DNA of 64,000 bases from Candidatus Obscuribacterales bacterium (GTDB lineage Bacteria; Cyanobacteriota; Vampirovibrionia; Obscuribacterales; Obscuribacteraceae), in contig CBDDIJ010000005.1 in the NCBI GenBank assembly GCA_965228855.1, forward strand, positions 1,344,001 through 1,408,000, read 5' to 3'. Positions 20,522-31,103 of the stretch are shown here, in pieces (the first letter of the stretch is position 1; every line of letters starts with the position of its first letter). The translations under genes were made by a program, and so were the position numbers. Under the pieces are notes generated by a model. It worked only from the letters and a program-made list of their open reading frames with translations, was not told where the DNA came from and searched no databases.

Positions 20522-23343
20522 TGATAAATCTGCGCAAACTATTATCTAACCCTCTGATTTACGTCACGATTCTAGCAACCGCTGTTCTCATCTGCTTTGG
20601 AAGAACCCTGGGTAGTTATTTCCTCGCCGACGACTTTGGCGAAGTCGCGTATGTTTCCAAAATATTCGAAGGTGACTGGGCAAGACTCTGGAGCAATTTC
20701 ACCGGCAACTACATGCAAGTGCCATCCATGGCAGTCTATCGTCCCTGGCTACTGATGACGCTTTTCTTCGATTATTCTATTTGGAAAACAAATGCCGCCG
20801 GGTACTATGCGACGAATCTTTTGCACTATCTCGCCTGCACGATATTGATTTTCACGCTAGTCAGACTGCTCACATCCTACTGGGGCAAACTGCGATCCAA
20901 TCTTGCCGCCACATTTTCGGGACTTCTCTTCGCGGTCAATCCGCTGCACTGTGAGAGCGTATCCTGGGTAGTCGGGCGCGTTGATATAGTCTGCCTGACC
21001 TACTACTTGTTAGGCCTTGTCTCAGTCGCTTTGTATGTCAGAAATCAGAACAAGAAATGGTTGATTCTGACATTCGCGTCTTTCTGGCTGGGAATCCTCA
21101 CGAAGGAGATGGCCATCGCACTGCCGGTGACCGCAACGGTACTCGCGTTTCTCTGGGCCAAACCTGACAGCTTTCAAAACCCAAAATCTAACGTTCTCAA
21201 TTTTCAACCGGATGAAAACAGTCAAGAAGCCACTCAAATAGGCAACGTGACAGACAGTGGCACGAGTGAACCATCCCGCGCAACCGCGCTTGCAGCGTTG
21301 CAGAAACTTGATCAAGAACTACAATCGCAGCATTCTTCTTTAACCGCATCATCTGAGAGTCCCACCCCCGCGATTGCAAAACCGATTGCTTCGCCCGCAA
21401 ATCTATCAGGAACGCCATCTTCCAATTCGCCGTCGAGCACACCCGTATCGCCGCTCAGTCCCTCTATCTTGATGGAGAAAATCAAGGTGACAATCCCTGT
21501 CGCAGGCATGCTCTTTGCCTGCACAGTTGTTTATTTCATAATCAGGTACGCAGCTCTGGGCACCATAACTGGTGGCTATACCGGCAGCATCGGTGACAGC
21601 CAGATCTCAGGCATACTGCAGAAGTGGACTGATCTGGACACCATTTCTCGAATCCTTTTTCCATTCAATCAATTTGTCTTCGCTGACGACACCGCGCACA
21701 AAACGATGCTAACCGTTTTATACGTCGCATTGGCAGCGCTTGCCGGAGCTAGACTGCTTGTCGGTGCCACACCGCGGCGCTGGCTGGTTTTCCTGTTCTT
21801 CGCCACCGTCGCCGTACTCGCTCCTATCTACCAATTATGGGGCATCGGTTACAACCTGGAGGGCAGTCGCTTCGTTTTCTTTCTCACGGTACCGCTATCC
21901 ATGCTGTTTCCGATTATTCTGTTTGCACCGCTTGAACGACGCGCAACTGCAAGCGAATCTACAGCGGCAAACAAAACTCTCAATGGAGCCGGCATAAAGA
22001 TCGTTGCGCTTTCAGTCCTGGCGTTAATTGGTTTGACGGTCGCGTACGCTAAGACTACTCTCCGCAACAACATTCCGTGGATCCATGCAGGGAAACAAAC
22101 TGATGCTATAACTAAAAAAGCTCAGGCTTTATCGAAGTCGACACCGGACGGTAGTTTAGTATGCGTCGTCGGCATCCCCAAAGATGAAGGCGGCGCCCAT
22201 ATGATCTTGAATGGTACAACGTTCAGACATCTGATTACGCCTCCTTTTGCAGGACCAGGCTTGACCGGTAAGATTCTGACTTTTGAACCGGTCCTTTTCG
22301 GAAATCCGGAGAAGATCGATACAGCTCATTTCAAACAAGCCCTGAACTTGAAAGATGTGAGAGCTTATTACGTATGGGACATGGACAAAAAGGACTTTAT
22401 TCCCTTCGATCCAGGTGCCTCACCCGTGGTACCACAACCATTTAGAATTCCACTTTCCTCTGGCTCGACGAAAGAAACTGGACCGTCCAATTCAGGCATG
22501 CTGACCGGCTCTCTGGCATCATTCCCGTACACACGCCAACGAGGCGATGTCGATGCAAAAGGGCTGGTGGAAAACGCGAACGCTGGTCTGGGTATTCGAG
22601 TGAGTGGTTTGAAATTGCGTCCGGCATCGTTCGACTACATGGTGATTCATGGCAAATTGCCAGGCAATTCCACTTTTCGCGGCACGAAATGCAAAGTTTA
22701 TATCGAGTCTATTGACGGAAAGAAAACTGATTTCGAATCAAACTTCTTCGTAAACGACGAGTCGATTCGGATACCGTTATCGGCATACTGGCGCTTCTAT
22801 GCCGCCGGCGAATTGGCGAGCATAGTTGTTGATCTTCCGCCGATTTCCGAACTTGCTATCGATGGTGTCGCGCTCCTACCCGAGAGCTTTGTAGCCCCGA
22901 CCGTCACAGCAGTGGGCAGGCATACTTCAAACGAAGGCTCCTTTGTAGTCGACAACAGAATCAACAGACCGAAGACGCTGGGCTCGTCGAAGAACAGTGA
23001 AACCAATGTCGTAGGGGCAAAAGAAAGCGCGAATCCATCGACTGAGAACAAAAAAGCAGTCACGATAGCTGTCGACGCGACCCGCCTCCTAGACACCCAG
23101 TCAATTGAAGTCCAGGTATTGCGCAAGAACTTTTTCTTTGACAATTTTACATCTGAAGCTGCGCTGAAAAACGGCACAGAGCAAACCTTCAATGCAACTG
23201 GAAATATTGCGACTGTGAACTTACCTGCAAAATTGTTTACGTCAAGCGGTTACATACAGCTTCGCGCCCGCGCACTGGACGAAACAAAACAGCAAACAGG
23301 CGAGTACTCCGCACCAATCACTCTAAGAGTTTTGACCGATTGA
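20521..23343 (+). CDS. GT-C fold membrane glycosyltransferase, TMTC/PMT-like
   Basis: FLADDF, YRPW, NLLH, NPLHCESVSWVVGR, TKE motifs; start overlaps upstream stop (TGATG). Confidence 0.72.
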   Translation: MINLRKLLSNPLIYVTILATAVLICFGRTLGSYFLADDFGEVAYVSKIFEGDWARLWSNFTGNYMQVPSMAVYRPWLLMTLFFDYSIWKTNAAGYYATNLLHYLACTILIFTLVRLLTSYWGKLRSNLAATFSGLLFAVNPLHCESVSWVVGRVDIVCLTYYLLGLVSVALYVRNQNKKWLILTFASFWLGILTKEMAIALPVTATVLAFLWAKPDSFQNPKSNVLNFQPDENSQEATQIGNVTDSGTSEPSRATALAALQKLDQELQSQHSSLTASSESPTPAIAKPIASPANLSGTPSSNSPSSTPVSPLSPSILMEKIKVTIPVAGMLFACTVVYFIIRYAALGTITGGYTGSIGDSQISGILQKWTDLDTISRILFPFNQFVFADDTAHKTMLTVLYVALAALAGARLLVGATPRRWLVFLFFATVAVLAPIYQLWGIGYNLEGSRFVFFLTVPLSMLFPIILFAPLERRATASESTAANKTLNGAGIKIVALSVLALIGLTVAYAKTTLRNNIPWIHAGKQTDAITKKAQALSKSTPDGSLVCVVGIPKDEGGAHMILNGTTFRHLITPPFAGPGLTGKILTFEPVLFGNPEKIDTAHFKQALNLKDVRAYYVWDMDKKDFIPFDPGASPVVPQPFRIPLSSGSTKETGPSNSGMLTGSLASFPYTRQRGDVDAKGLVENANAGLGIRVSGLKLRPASFDYMVIHGKLPGNSTFRGTKCKVYIESIDGKKTDFESNFFVNDESIRIPLSAYWRFYAAGELASIVVDLPPISELAIDGVALLPESFVAPTVTAVGRHTSNEGSFVVDNRINRPKTLGSSKNSETNVVGAKESANPSTENKKAVTIAVDATRLLDTQSIEVQVLRKNFFFDNFTSEAALKNGTEQTFNATGNIATVNLPAKLFTSSGYIQLRARALDETKQQTGEYSAPITLRVLTD

Positions 23344-23481
23344 AATCACCGCGGTTTCACAATCCGACAGCGCCTCCGCTACTGAGCTGAAACGCCGCGT
23401 CCGAGCCAGGTGATACGGTATGACTGGAGGATAGATGCCACGCATGGTAGAATCCGTTTCGATTGGCAATGGCAGCGGAAT

Positions 23482-24414
23482 ATGAAGGCATTAGTAATTG
23501 GCGGTAACGGTTTCATCGGCACGGCACTTGTCGACCAATTAATTGGTCGCGGGATTAAGGTCAGAGTTTTCGACCGCTATCCCAGCCGCTACAAAGAGCC
23601 AGTAGACGGCGTCGAATACATGATTGGCGATTTTGCCAATCACGGTGAAGTGTCCCAAGCGGTTCAAGGCATCGATTGGGTTTTCCATTTAGCGTATACG
23701 ACGCTTCCGGAAACCAGCAACGAAGATCCGGTCTACGACGTGCGTTCCAATGTCATAGACACTATTCAACTATTGCAAGAATGTTGTAATGCCGGCGTCG
23801 ACAAATTTGTTTTCGTATCTTCGGGCGGCACCATATACGGTGTCCCTCAATGCGTACCGATCAAAGAAGAACACCCGACCGAGCCAATTTGCTCATATGG
23901 CATAACGAAGCTAACAATCGAAAAGTACTTGCACCTGTTTCACCACACTAAAAAACTTGAGTATTCCGTCGCACGTATCGCAAATCCTTATGGCGAGCGC
24001 CAGAACCCGAATTCTAAGCAAGGAGCGGTTGGCGTTTTCCTCGGGTGCATAGCTCGAAAGCAGCCCATTACCGTTTTCGGTGACGGCGAGATTGTTAGAG
24101 ACTTCATCTATATCTATGACGCAGCGGACGCACTCATCGCCTGCGCAGACTACGTCGCATCAGAAAAGGGACCACGTGTGTTTAACATCGGTTCCGGAGT
24201 CGGCTACAGCTTGAATCAAATCGTGGACACGATTAGAAACGTCGTCGACGTCGAAGTAAAAGTCAATCACACTCCTGCGCGCCAGGTGGACGTGAAGTCC
24301 AACGTGCTAGACATCGAGCTTGCCCGCAAACTGCTCAAGTGGGAACCGAAAGTTGACCTCGAAACAGGCATCAAACGCGCCTGGGATTGGACCAAGTCGC
24401 TTAGCCTGGTCTAA
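23482..24414 (+). CDS. NAD-dependent epimerase/dehydratase (UDP-sugar epimerase family)
   Basis: GGNGFIG, SSGGTIYG, YGITK (YxxxK), NPYG, GDG..VRDFIY. Confidence 0.93.
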   Translation: MKALVIGGNGFIGTALVDQLIGRGIKVRVFDRYPSRYKEPVDGVEYMIGDFANHGEVSQAVQGIDWVFHLAYTTLPETSNEDPVYDVRSNVIDTIQLLQECCNAGVDKFVFVSSGGTIYGVPQCVPIKEEHPTEPICSYGITKLTIEKYLHLFHHTKKLEYSVARIANPYGERQNPNSKQGAVGVFLGCIARKQPITVFGDGEIVRDFIYIYDAADALIACADYVASEKGPRVFNIGSGVGYSLNQIVDTIRNVVDVEVKVNHTPARQVDVKSNVLDIELARKLLKWEPKVDLETGIKRAWDWTKSLSLV

Positions 24415-24614
24415 CGTTTCACGAGAGCCAATTCTGAATCAGTTCTAACCTGTTTACATCACGATCAAATTTCCAGGGGCGCAAATTCCGGCAAGTAGGC
24501 AAGAGCGCCGAAGTTTTCAAGCTTGGAGAAATCTAAGAATTGACACATTAGAATTGCCAAGTTGACCGCGCAACTTACTGTGCGCGACAATTTGCCATTG
24601 TTGGAAACCAGGGA

Positions 24615-25670
24615 ATGAAACAGCCAGTGACTACTTCCGCAAAGCAAATTGATCTTTCGGTCATAGTAGCGGTTTACAACGAAGACCCAAGAAACCTTAT
24701 AAGGCTTCTCGAGCGCCTGGACGCCAATATTCGTCCCCTCGACCTGTCCTACGAGGTCGTCTTCGTCAACGACGGCTCCAGAGACATCGCCACCAGCGCC
24801 CTGCGGCAAATCGCCGCCGAATGCGCCAATATCAAACTCATTGAGTTGTCGCGCAACTTCGGTCAGCAAGCCGCAATCACAGCCGGACTTGACCACACTG
24901 AAGGTCGCATGGTCGTCAACATGGACTCGGATCTTCAAGATCCGCCGGAACTCATTCCGACAATGTTCCAGAAGTGGAAAGAAGGATACGACGTTGTCTA
25001 CGCGACCAGATCGCGCCGCAGAGACCGTTTCCTGAAGCGCTCCACAGCTTATATGTTCTACCGCGTTCTCGGCGCGCTCTCCACAGTCAACATTCCGCAG
25101 GATACAGGCGACTTCCGGTTGATGGACCGCAAGGTCGTAGACGCGCTCGCATCTTTGCCGGAGCGCAGCCGCTTCATCCGAGGCATGGTTCCCTGGCTCG
25201 GCTTCAAACAATGCGGCGTCCCGCTCGACCGCGATGCACGCGAGGTAGGCGAAAGCACTTACACTGTCAAAAAACTGTTGCAGCTGGCGGTCGAAGGTCT
25301 GATTGCGTTCAGCGTCGCCCCGCTTTATCTGCTCAGCATCGTTGGCGCATCGCTCATCGGCTTATCAATCCTCGCTTTAGGCGCTATGGCTTTTACCGGC
25401 AGTTTTGAACTCACGAATGCGCAGCTTCTCTGCTGCACCGTATTGTTCACCGGACTGCAAATTGCATGCGTCGGTTTAGTCGCGGTCTACATTTCGAAGA
25501 TGCTCGACGAAGTTCGCAGACGCCCGACCTATCTAGTAGCTCGCCGTTTAGGAACAGGCTTCGAAAATCCAGAAGAAGATCGGACCGAAACAAAAGAAGC
25601 GACACCGGCAGCTGCAAAAGCAAAAGCTACAGCAAAACGTCAAGTCGCGTTTGCGTTCGACAAGAAGTAA
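24615..25670 (+). CDS. GT2 polyprenyl-phosphate glycosyltransferase (GtrB/ArnC-like)
   Basis: VYNE, VNDGSRD, LSRNFGQQAA..AG, MDSDLQDPPE, DTGDFRLMDR, two C-terminal TMs. Confidence 0.92.
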   Translation: MKQPVTTSAKQIDLSVIVAVYNEDPRNLIRLLERLDANIRPLDLSYEVVFVNDGSRDIATSALRQIAAECANIKLIELSRNFGQQAAITAGLDHTEGRMVVNMDSDLQDPPELIPTMFQKWKEGYDVVYATRSRRRDRFLKRSTAYMFYRVLGALSTVNIPQDTGDFRLMDRKVVDALASLPERSRFIRGMVPWLGFKQCGVPLDRDAREVGESTYTVKKLLQLAVEGLIAFSVAPLYLLSIVGASLIGLSILALGAMAFTGSFELTNAQLLCCTVLFTGLQIACVGLVAVYISKMLDEVRRRPTYLVARRLGTGFENPEEDRTETKEATPAAAKAKATAKRQVAFAFDKK

Positions 25671-25700
25671 CAGCTCCCCGCTATCCGTTCGATTGAAAAA

Positions 25701-27212
25701 CTATCGCAGCTTTTGCAGACGCGCAGCGGCGTCAGCCTGCCCAGCAGCTGTGTAGTCGGAAATCTGCCTTGCAAGCGTATCTTTGTACTCTTGCGATTCG
25801 ACGCCAAAAGCCTTTTCTGACTCGCTTAGCGCTTTGGAAAAAACTCTCTCCGCCTCATCAAGGTATTTGTCCTTGCTCGCGTCGTTTGCCGATGCAGCAT
25901 TCAGCATCACGCGTGCCAGGTCCATCTGGCAAACGACGATAGCTGCTGTGTTGTCGGGTTCAGCAAATTTGGTTTTGTCGAGTCGATAGCGTTCCAACTC
26001 AATAGCCTTGTCGAAATCCTTCTGTCGCTCATAAGCAGAAACCAGATTCTTCACAGGCGCCGCCAAACTTACGCGCTCAGATGAGGCGCCGTTTTTCACA
26101 TGAATTGCACCAAGATCAATCGCTTTGCGCATGCCACTATCTGCGGTGCCCAACTCGTTTTTAGACGCGAACCTCATTGATAAAGTGTTGAGAGCTGAGA
26201 TGGTTGGAACTGTTGCAGCGTCTTCGCCGAACTTGTCGATTACGCCTAAAGCTTCCCCGAATGCTTTCTTCGCATCGTCCACTCGATTCGCACTAATGGC
26301 CAGACCAGGCCACCTCAGTGAAGATCGAACTGCTCCTGCTTTATCCGTGAGATTGGCATCCTTTGCCAATTCCATTATGCGGGCATGAACCTTTGCAGCC
26401 TCGTCATAACGCTTATTCGCAGATGCGACAACCAACAAATAATTCAATCTGCGAAAGTCATGGATACTTTCCACCGGTTCATTTGTACCGGAGCGTTGTG
26501 TATGCTGTCCCGCGGGAGGCAGAGCAGAAGCGATATTTGGCGGTCCAAGCTGCAACGGACCGGAAATTCTATTTCCTCCGCCACGCCGAGGACCAGCACC
26601 TTCGCCCACTCGACTTCGAATCTGATTTCGAATATCCGGACCCGACGTATCTATATCGCCAGCCCGAATCGAGCCCGAGGAGCGAATCTGCAAACTATTC
26701 ATCTTGTATGGCGGAGAAGATAATTCGGCAAAGAAAAATGAAAGAGCCAGAGTTCCCTGTTCAATTCCCGGAATCGGGTCGAAACTGAGCGCCTTGAGCT
26801 TAGCCAGCGTATCAGATTGGACGGTCTCCGCCGGCGATGTAGACAAAAACTTCGCATCAACGACCTTTCCGCTCTGGTCGATAACAAGCTCAAGCCGACT
26901 GCTCGGCTCAATGTCGCTATCCTTGATTGAAGCTGCAATTTTGTCGAGAATCCCGAACTCGAACTGCCGAAAGCTACCACTCAGGCTTGCACCGGTAGAC
27001 GAAGTAATCGCCACGCCATAAGCCATTGCCGGCGCAGAGATCAAGCTTGAACAAACAGCCAAGCTGGAAGAACTAATCACGACAGATAGAGCCGTCAGAA
27101 TTGACGACGCCCGCGCAAATCCAGGCGGAAACGTGTGAAACAGTAATGAATTTAGCCCTGTGGGGCTCTTGAACGACATCATAGAGCGACTCCTGTCTGG
27201 AGATCTTACCAT
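25701..27212 (-). CDS. Exported protein with TonB C-terminal-like domain and TPR-like repeats
   Basis: Signal-like N-terminus; LELVIDQSGKVVDAKFLSTS...FDP; helical repeats (YLDEAERVFSKAL...KAFG). Confidence 0.6.
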   Translation of the reverse strand: MVRSPDRSRSMMSFKSPTGLNSLLFHTFPPGFARASSILTALSVVISSSSLAVCSSLISAPAMAYGVAITSSTGASLSGSFRQFEFGILDKIAASIKDSDIEPSSRLELVIDQSGKVVDAKFLSTSPAETVQSDTLAKLKALSFDPIPGIEQGTLALSFFFAELSSPPYKMNSLQIRSSGSIRAGDIDTSGPDIRNQIRSRVGEGAGPRRGGGNRISGPLQLGPPNIASALPPAGQHTQRSGTNEPVESIHDFRRLNYLLVVASANKRYDEAAKVHARIMELAKDANLTDKAGAVRSSLRWPGLAISANRVDDAKKAFGEALGVIDKFGEDAATVPTISALNTLSMRFASKNELGTADSGMRKAIDLGAIHVKNGASSERVSLAAPVKNLVSAYERQKDFDKAIELERYRLDKTKFAEPDNTAAIVVCQMDLARVMLNAASANDASKDKYLDEAERVFSKALSESEKAFGVESQEYKDTLARQISDYTAAGQADAAARLQKLR

Positions 27213-27442
27213 CTACGCCCTTTGAATGAGCGGCGAGCGGTTTTGTTCCGCAAAAGAGCTTGGGACATTCTCATGTTCGATTTTGATCTGAAAACTAACA
27301 TTCAATTCGGCAAGGGTAGAACAGCTACTATGCTAGCTCCCCTGCCAATGCCCGTTCCAAGCCAAAACGCAATATCAACAAAAACGGCGCAGGTGTTCCG
27401 AACGGTGCTAGCATGGAAGTGCGACCGGCAAAGAGACGGACA

Positions 27443-28150
27443 ATGAAGGCTCAAATTAGCAACTCTCGAATTATCCTCTCCGGCTTCGGAGTCGGAGTTT
27501 TGACGAGTGCCATTGCAACCTTTTTCTCACATAAGCCGTTTGATGCGTTTCAATTCCACGCAATGGCTGTGGGTTTCATCTATGTGACGGCAGCAGGTTG
27601 TTGGATTGGCAATCTCCAGGGCTCTGCCAAACGCACCATATTTGGTACCATCAGCGGAGCACTGCTTGGACTGACTTATTCGCTGTCAGTCAAATTCACA
27701 TTGCCGAATTACCCGAATGACAGCGGCTTGATGGTTTATTTTGCGCTGCTCCCGTGCGTGCTCAGCGGCCTACTGGCTGGCGTTCTTGGCTCAACCCGAG
27801 AAAACGGTTTCAAGGAATTTCCGGTGTGCTTCTCGAAGGGTCTTATCTCGGGATTCATGATGGGAATTGTCCACTTCGTTACTCTCTTACTTCTCCTGAT
27901 ACCGAGTCCATATATTGTTAAACTGTTTGGACCGCTCGGAGAAACTGGAACCCTCCAACTTGCCTGCGCTCTCGGCGTCGCCAGTGCGCTCTACTTTTTC
28001 ATGCTCCAGTGGTCGGTCGGCTTGCGGAGCACCGGCAAACAATCGGGATGGCTCGGCAATCTCTCCATCTCGCGCGTCGGGATACTCTTATTCGTCGGAA
28101 TGACTCTCGCCGGCATCGGCTGGTCGCTCTTACCGGCGATTTTTAGGTAA
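27443..28150 (+). CDS. Hypothetical multi-pass membrane protein (paralog of next gene)
   Basis: Hydrophobic throughout; shares SGLLA.VLG, ALG.AS..Y and GI.LFV.M.LAGIGW with 28234..28941. Confidence 0.7.
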   Translation: MKAQISNSRIILSGFGVGVLTSAIATFFSHKPFDAFQFHAMAVGFIYVTAAGCWIGNLQGSAKRTIFGTISGALLGLTYSLSVKFTLPNYPNDSGLMVYFALLPCVLSGLLAGVLGSTRENGFKEFPVCFSKGLISGFMMGIVHFVTLLLLLIPSPYIVKLFGPLGETGTLQLACALGVASALYFFMLQWSVGLRSTGKQSGWLGNLSISRVGILLFVGMTLAGIGWSLLPAIFR

Positions 28151-28233
28151 TGTTGTTGGTGTGTATCACAGCTAGCCGGATTGTCCGAATTGTGATTAGA
28201 TGGCTTGAGGACTCAATTTGAAAAGGTAAGACG

Positions 28234-28941
28234 GTGAGCTTAAACAACAGGCTTTCTATCCCAAAAGTTGCATTTCTAATTGGCGTCGGAGCAGATTCAA
28301 TTGGAGGTCTACTAGGTCTGTGCACGTCAAGTTCACCTCTATTCATGATTGCGGTGATTACATTATATGGTTTTGCTTCCTCATACTGGCTTGCAACTTC
28401 CAGCAAGAGGAGCACTGCCAACGGTATCACCATCGGCTTAGCGGCAACTGGATTGTACTTGGCGTCCCTGACAGCGCATGGCAATCCCCTCGAAACTCAG
28501 AATTTTGGATCCAGTTTCTTTCATGCTTTGTTTGTGGGTCCCGCGCTCATGAGCGGCCTGCTTGCCGCCGTTCTTGGAGCGAGGCGTAGAAATTGGACAA
28601 CATCAGTTCCGCTCCGTTTCATTCAAGGAACGGTTGCCGGTGCGATGCTTTGCGTCCTTCACATCCTATGCGTCGGGATGCTTTCGGCCTTACTTTACAC
28701 GCTTCCTTTTTCGTCAGCCTGGGGATTCATCTGCTATCCAATAGCGCTAGGCACCGCAAGTACGGTTTATCTACCAATTATGCACAACTTAGTTACTGAC
28801 GAATCCGAAAATGTACTTGAGACAAGCTTCAACGCAACAGCAACAGCGTGGGTGGATAAACTGACAATTGCGAAGAGCGGAATTATCCTCTTTGTTTTAA
28901 TGGCTCTAGCCGGAATCGGCTGGGCTGGAATATTTAGATAA
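28234..28941 (+). CDS. Hypothetical multi-pass membrane protein (paralog of previous gene)
   Basis: Same shared motifs and similar length; both end in IFR. Confidence 0.7.
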   Translation: MSLNNRLSIPKVAFLIGVGADSIGGLLGLCTSSSPLFMIAVITLYGFASSYWLATSSKRSTANGITIGLAATGLYLASLTAHGNPLETQNFGSSFFHALFVGPALMSGLLAAVLGARRRNWTTSVPLRFIQGTVAGAMLCVLHILCVGMLSALLYTLPFSSAWGFICYPIALGTASTVYLPIMHNLVTDESENVLETSFNATATAWVDKLTIAKSGIILFVLMALAGIGWAGIFR

Positions 28942-29048
28942 TTCCAACGCTCAGGTTCCCGCAGTATAACGCAGTGAATTTTTGAGTCGGATATACTGTG
29001 CCTTGGCTGGAAAGCGCATGGCAACTTACAACGACTATCGAGAATATT

Positions 29049-31076
29049 ATGAAACAGAAGAAACTGAAAATTGTTTTTGTCTCTGCGATCACAACATCCG
29101 TTTTGGGCGGTCCTTTAGTTGAAGCGGCATCAGCAGCGGATTCACTGCTGATAGCACAGCAAACAGGACAGCAGCCGTCTCTATGGCAGCAGGCTGGAAA
29201 AACGCTGTTTGAAGCAGGGCAGAAACAAATGCTTCATCAGATGAATCAAAAGCTCAACGCTCCACAGCAACAGGCACCAACTCAGACCACTCCAGCTGCA
29301 CCTTATGGTCAGACAAACCAGTATAATCAAACTGGCGATCCATACGCACAACCGGGCGCTCCGTATGGCACCACACCCGATACCATGACCGTCCCCCCTC
29401 AGAACACTGAAACAGGACCGGTTCATCAAGCGCCACCATGCAGAAGTTGGACGAAACCTGGGGCACAGCCGATCGCTGTTCTGTTGTGCATTCACGGCTT
29501 GGGTTTGCAGAGTAACTCATACGAGTTTTTCGGTAATGAACAATCAAATCGAGGTCTCGCAGTTTATGCGATTGACGTTCGCGGTTTCGGCGCATGGATG
29601 AATGCGAAAGGCAAAACCAAAGTAAACTTCGACGATTGCCTGCTCGACATAAAATCCTCACTAGAAGCCATCCGTGCAGCTAATCCCGGATTACCCGTCT
29701 ACATTCTTGGTGAATCAATGGGTGGAGCTATTGCATTGCGAGCGGCTGCGACCTATCCGGATCTCATAGACGGGCTTATTTCCTCAGTTCCCGCGGGTGA
29801 GCGATTTAACCAGGGGAAAACCAGTGTTCAAGTTTTCATGAATTTGTTGACCGGCATGAACGTTTCGAACATCGGCAAGGGAATCGTCAGCCAGGCAACA
29901 CAGAATCAACGACTTAAGGCGCAATGGACCGGCGATCCGCTTGCACGGTTGGATCTGACGCCTCAAGAGTTGATCCAGTTTCAGGATTTCATGAATGGCA
30001 ATCACGAATTCGCTAAGAAGGTTTCAACAATGCCCGTTCTCTTCGTCCAGGGAAACGGCGATCAATTAGTCAAACCCGAGGGAACCTGGGAATTGTTCAA
30101 TTCAGTCGCTTCGAAGGATAAATCGTTCTTCGCGGTGCCCGGAGAGCACCTGATTTTCGAGGAAGCGCAGACTCAAGATGCGGGTCCGCGAGATCAGAAC
30201 TTCCGCGTTATAAACTCATGGCTAACGGCGAAAGTCGGCAGAAGGACTCGTCGCGGCGCTCTCGCTGACAGACTCGATGGCATGGGCAACTCGGTAGGTA
30301 CTACCGGAAGATTCGGTGGGCTCGGAGCGGCAGGCGGTTTCGGCGCAATGGGAGGAGGCATGGGACGACTGGCGGCTATCGCCGGGCGCATGTCATCTTT
30401 GAATACTGCGGGTCTGGAAAGCCAGGCTCAGATGATCGATGCCGGTCAGTATGCTGACGCCATCTCGCAGCTGGAATCATTGCGCTCGCAACGGCCAAAC
30501 GATCCAAATGTTCTGGGTTTACTCGGCAAAGCCTACTTCCAGAGCGGACAGCCAGATAAAGCAGGGACATTTTTCCGCACAGCTATGAGAATGAGTAGAG
30601 GCGGCAGCGATCAGGCACGAGCTCTGAATAACTATCTTCTCGGCATGAGTCAGAGCGCTCAGCCGCTTGTTCCAGGCTCCGGGCTTGCGGCAGCTTCAAT
30701 TCCATTTGCAGGTTTCGGCTTGAAAAATGATCAACCCAATAATGTTGCAGATACCTATGGAGTAGTCGGAAATACGGGCACCGGCATTGGTGGCAAAGCC
30801 AAGATCTACGCTTTTTATTCAAATTGGGCGGACCAGTGTAAAGGCATGATTGACTCAGTTTCGAAGCTCTCCTCTTTATACGGGACCAAAGTGCAGGTTA
30901 ATTCTGTGAACGTCGAAGACAAAGGCAGTGACGCGCTCATCGAGCAATACAAGGTTGGACCGATTCCTACCGTTGTTTTCGTTTCGCCTAGCGGTCAAGT
31001 TAGCTCAACAATCATTGGCGAGTCCTCCTACACCAATTACGAACGAGCATTACAAACACTGGCTAACACACGATAG
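29049..31076 (+). CDS. Exported alpha/beta hydrolase (lysophospholipase-like) fused to TPR and thioredoxin-like domains
   Basis: Signal peptide; CIHGLG, DVRGFG, GESMGG nucleophile elbow, QG.GDQLV, GEHL; TPR-like GQYADAI...LLGKAYF; Trx-like FYSNWADQC...IPTVVF. Confidence 0.85.
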   Translation: MKQKKLKIVFVSAITTSVLGGPLVEAASAADSLLIAQQTGQQPSLWQQAGKTLFEAGQKQMLHQMNQKLNAPQQQAPTQTTPAAPYGQTNQYNQTGDPYAQPGAPYGTTPDTMTVPPQNTETGPVHQAPPCRSWTKPGAQPIAVLLCIHGLGLQSNSYEFFGNEQSNRGLAVYAIDVRGFGAWMNAKGKTKVNFDDCLLDIKSSLEAIRAANPGLPVYILGESMGGAIALRAAATYPDLIDGLISSVPAGERFNQGKTSVQVFMNLLTGMNVSNIGKGIVSQATQNQRLKAQWTGDPLARLDLTPQELIQFQDFMNGNHEFAKKVSTMPVLFVQGNGDQLVKPEGTWELFNSVASKDKSFFAVPGEHLIFEEAQTQDAGPRDQNFRVINSWLTAKVGRRTRRGALADRLDGMGNSVGTTGRFGGLGAAGGFGAMGGGMGRLAAIAGRMSSLNTAGLESQAQMIDAGQYADAISQLESLRSQRPNDPNVLGLLGKAYFQSGQPDKAGTFFRTAMRMSRGGSDQARALNNYLLGMSQSAQPLVPGSGLAAASIPFAGFGLKNDQPNNVADTYGVVGNTGTGIGGKAKIYAFYSNWADQCKGMIDSVSKLSSLYGTKVQVNSVNVEDKGSDALIEQYKVGPIPTVVFVSPSGQVSSTIIGESSYTNYERALQTLANTR

Positions 31077-31103
31077 GAAGCAGCTGCAAACTGATAGAAT
31101 TCG

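Noticed and set aside
24465..25211. 248-aa antisense ORF
   Set aside because: Mirror of the well-supported GT2 gene, explained by codon bias
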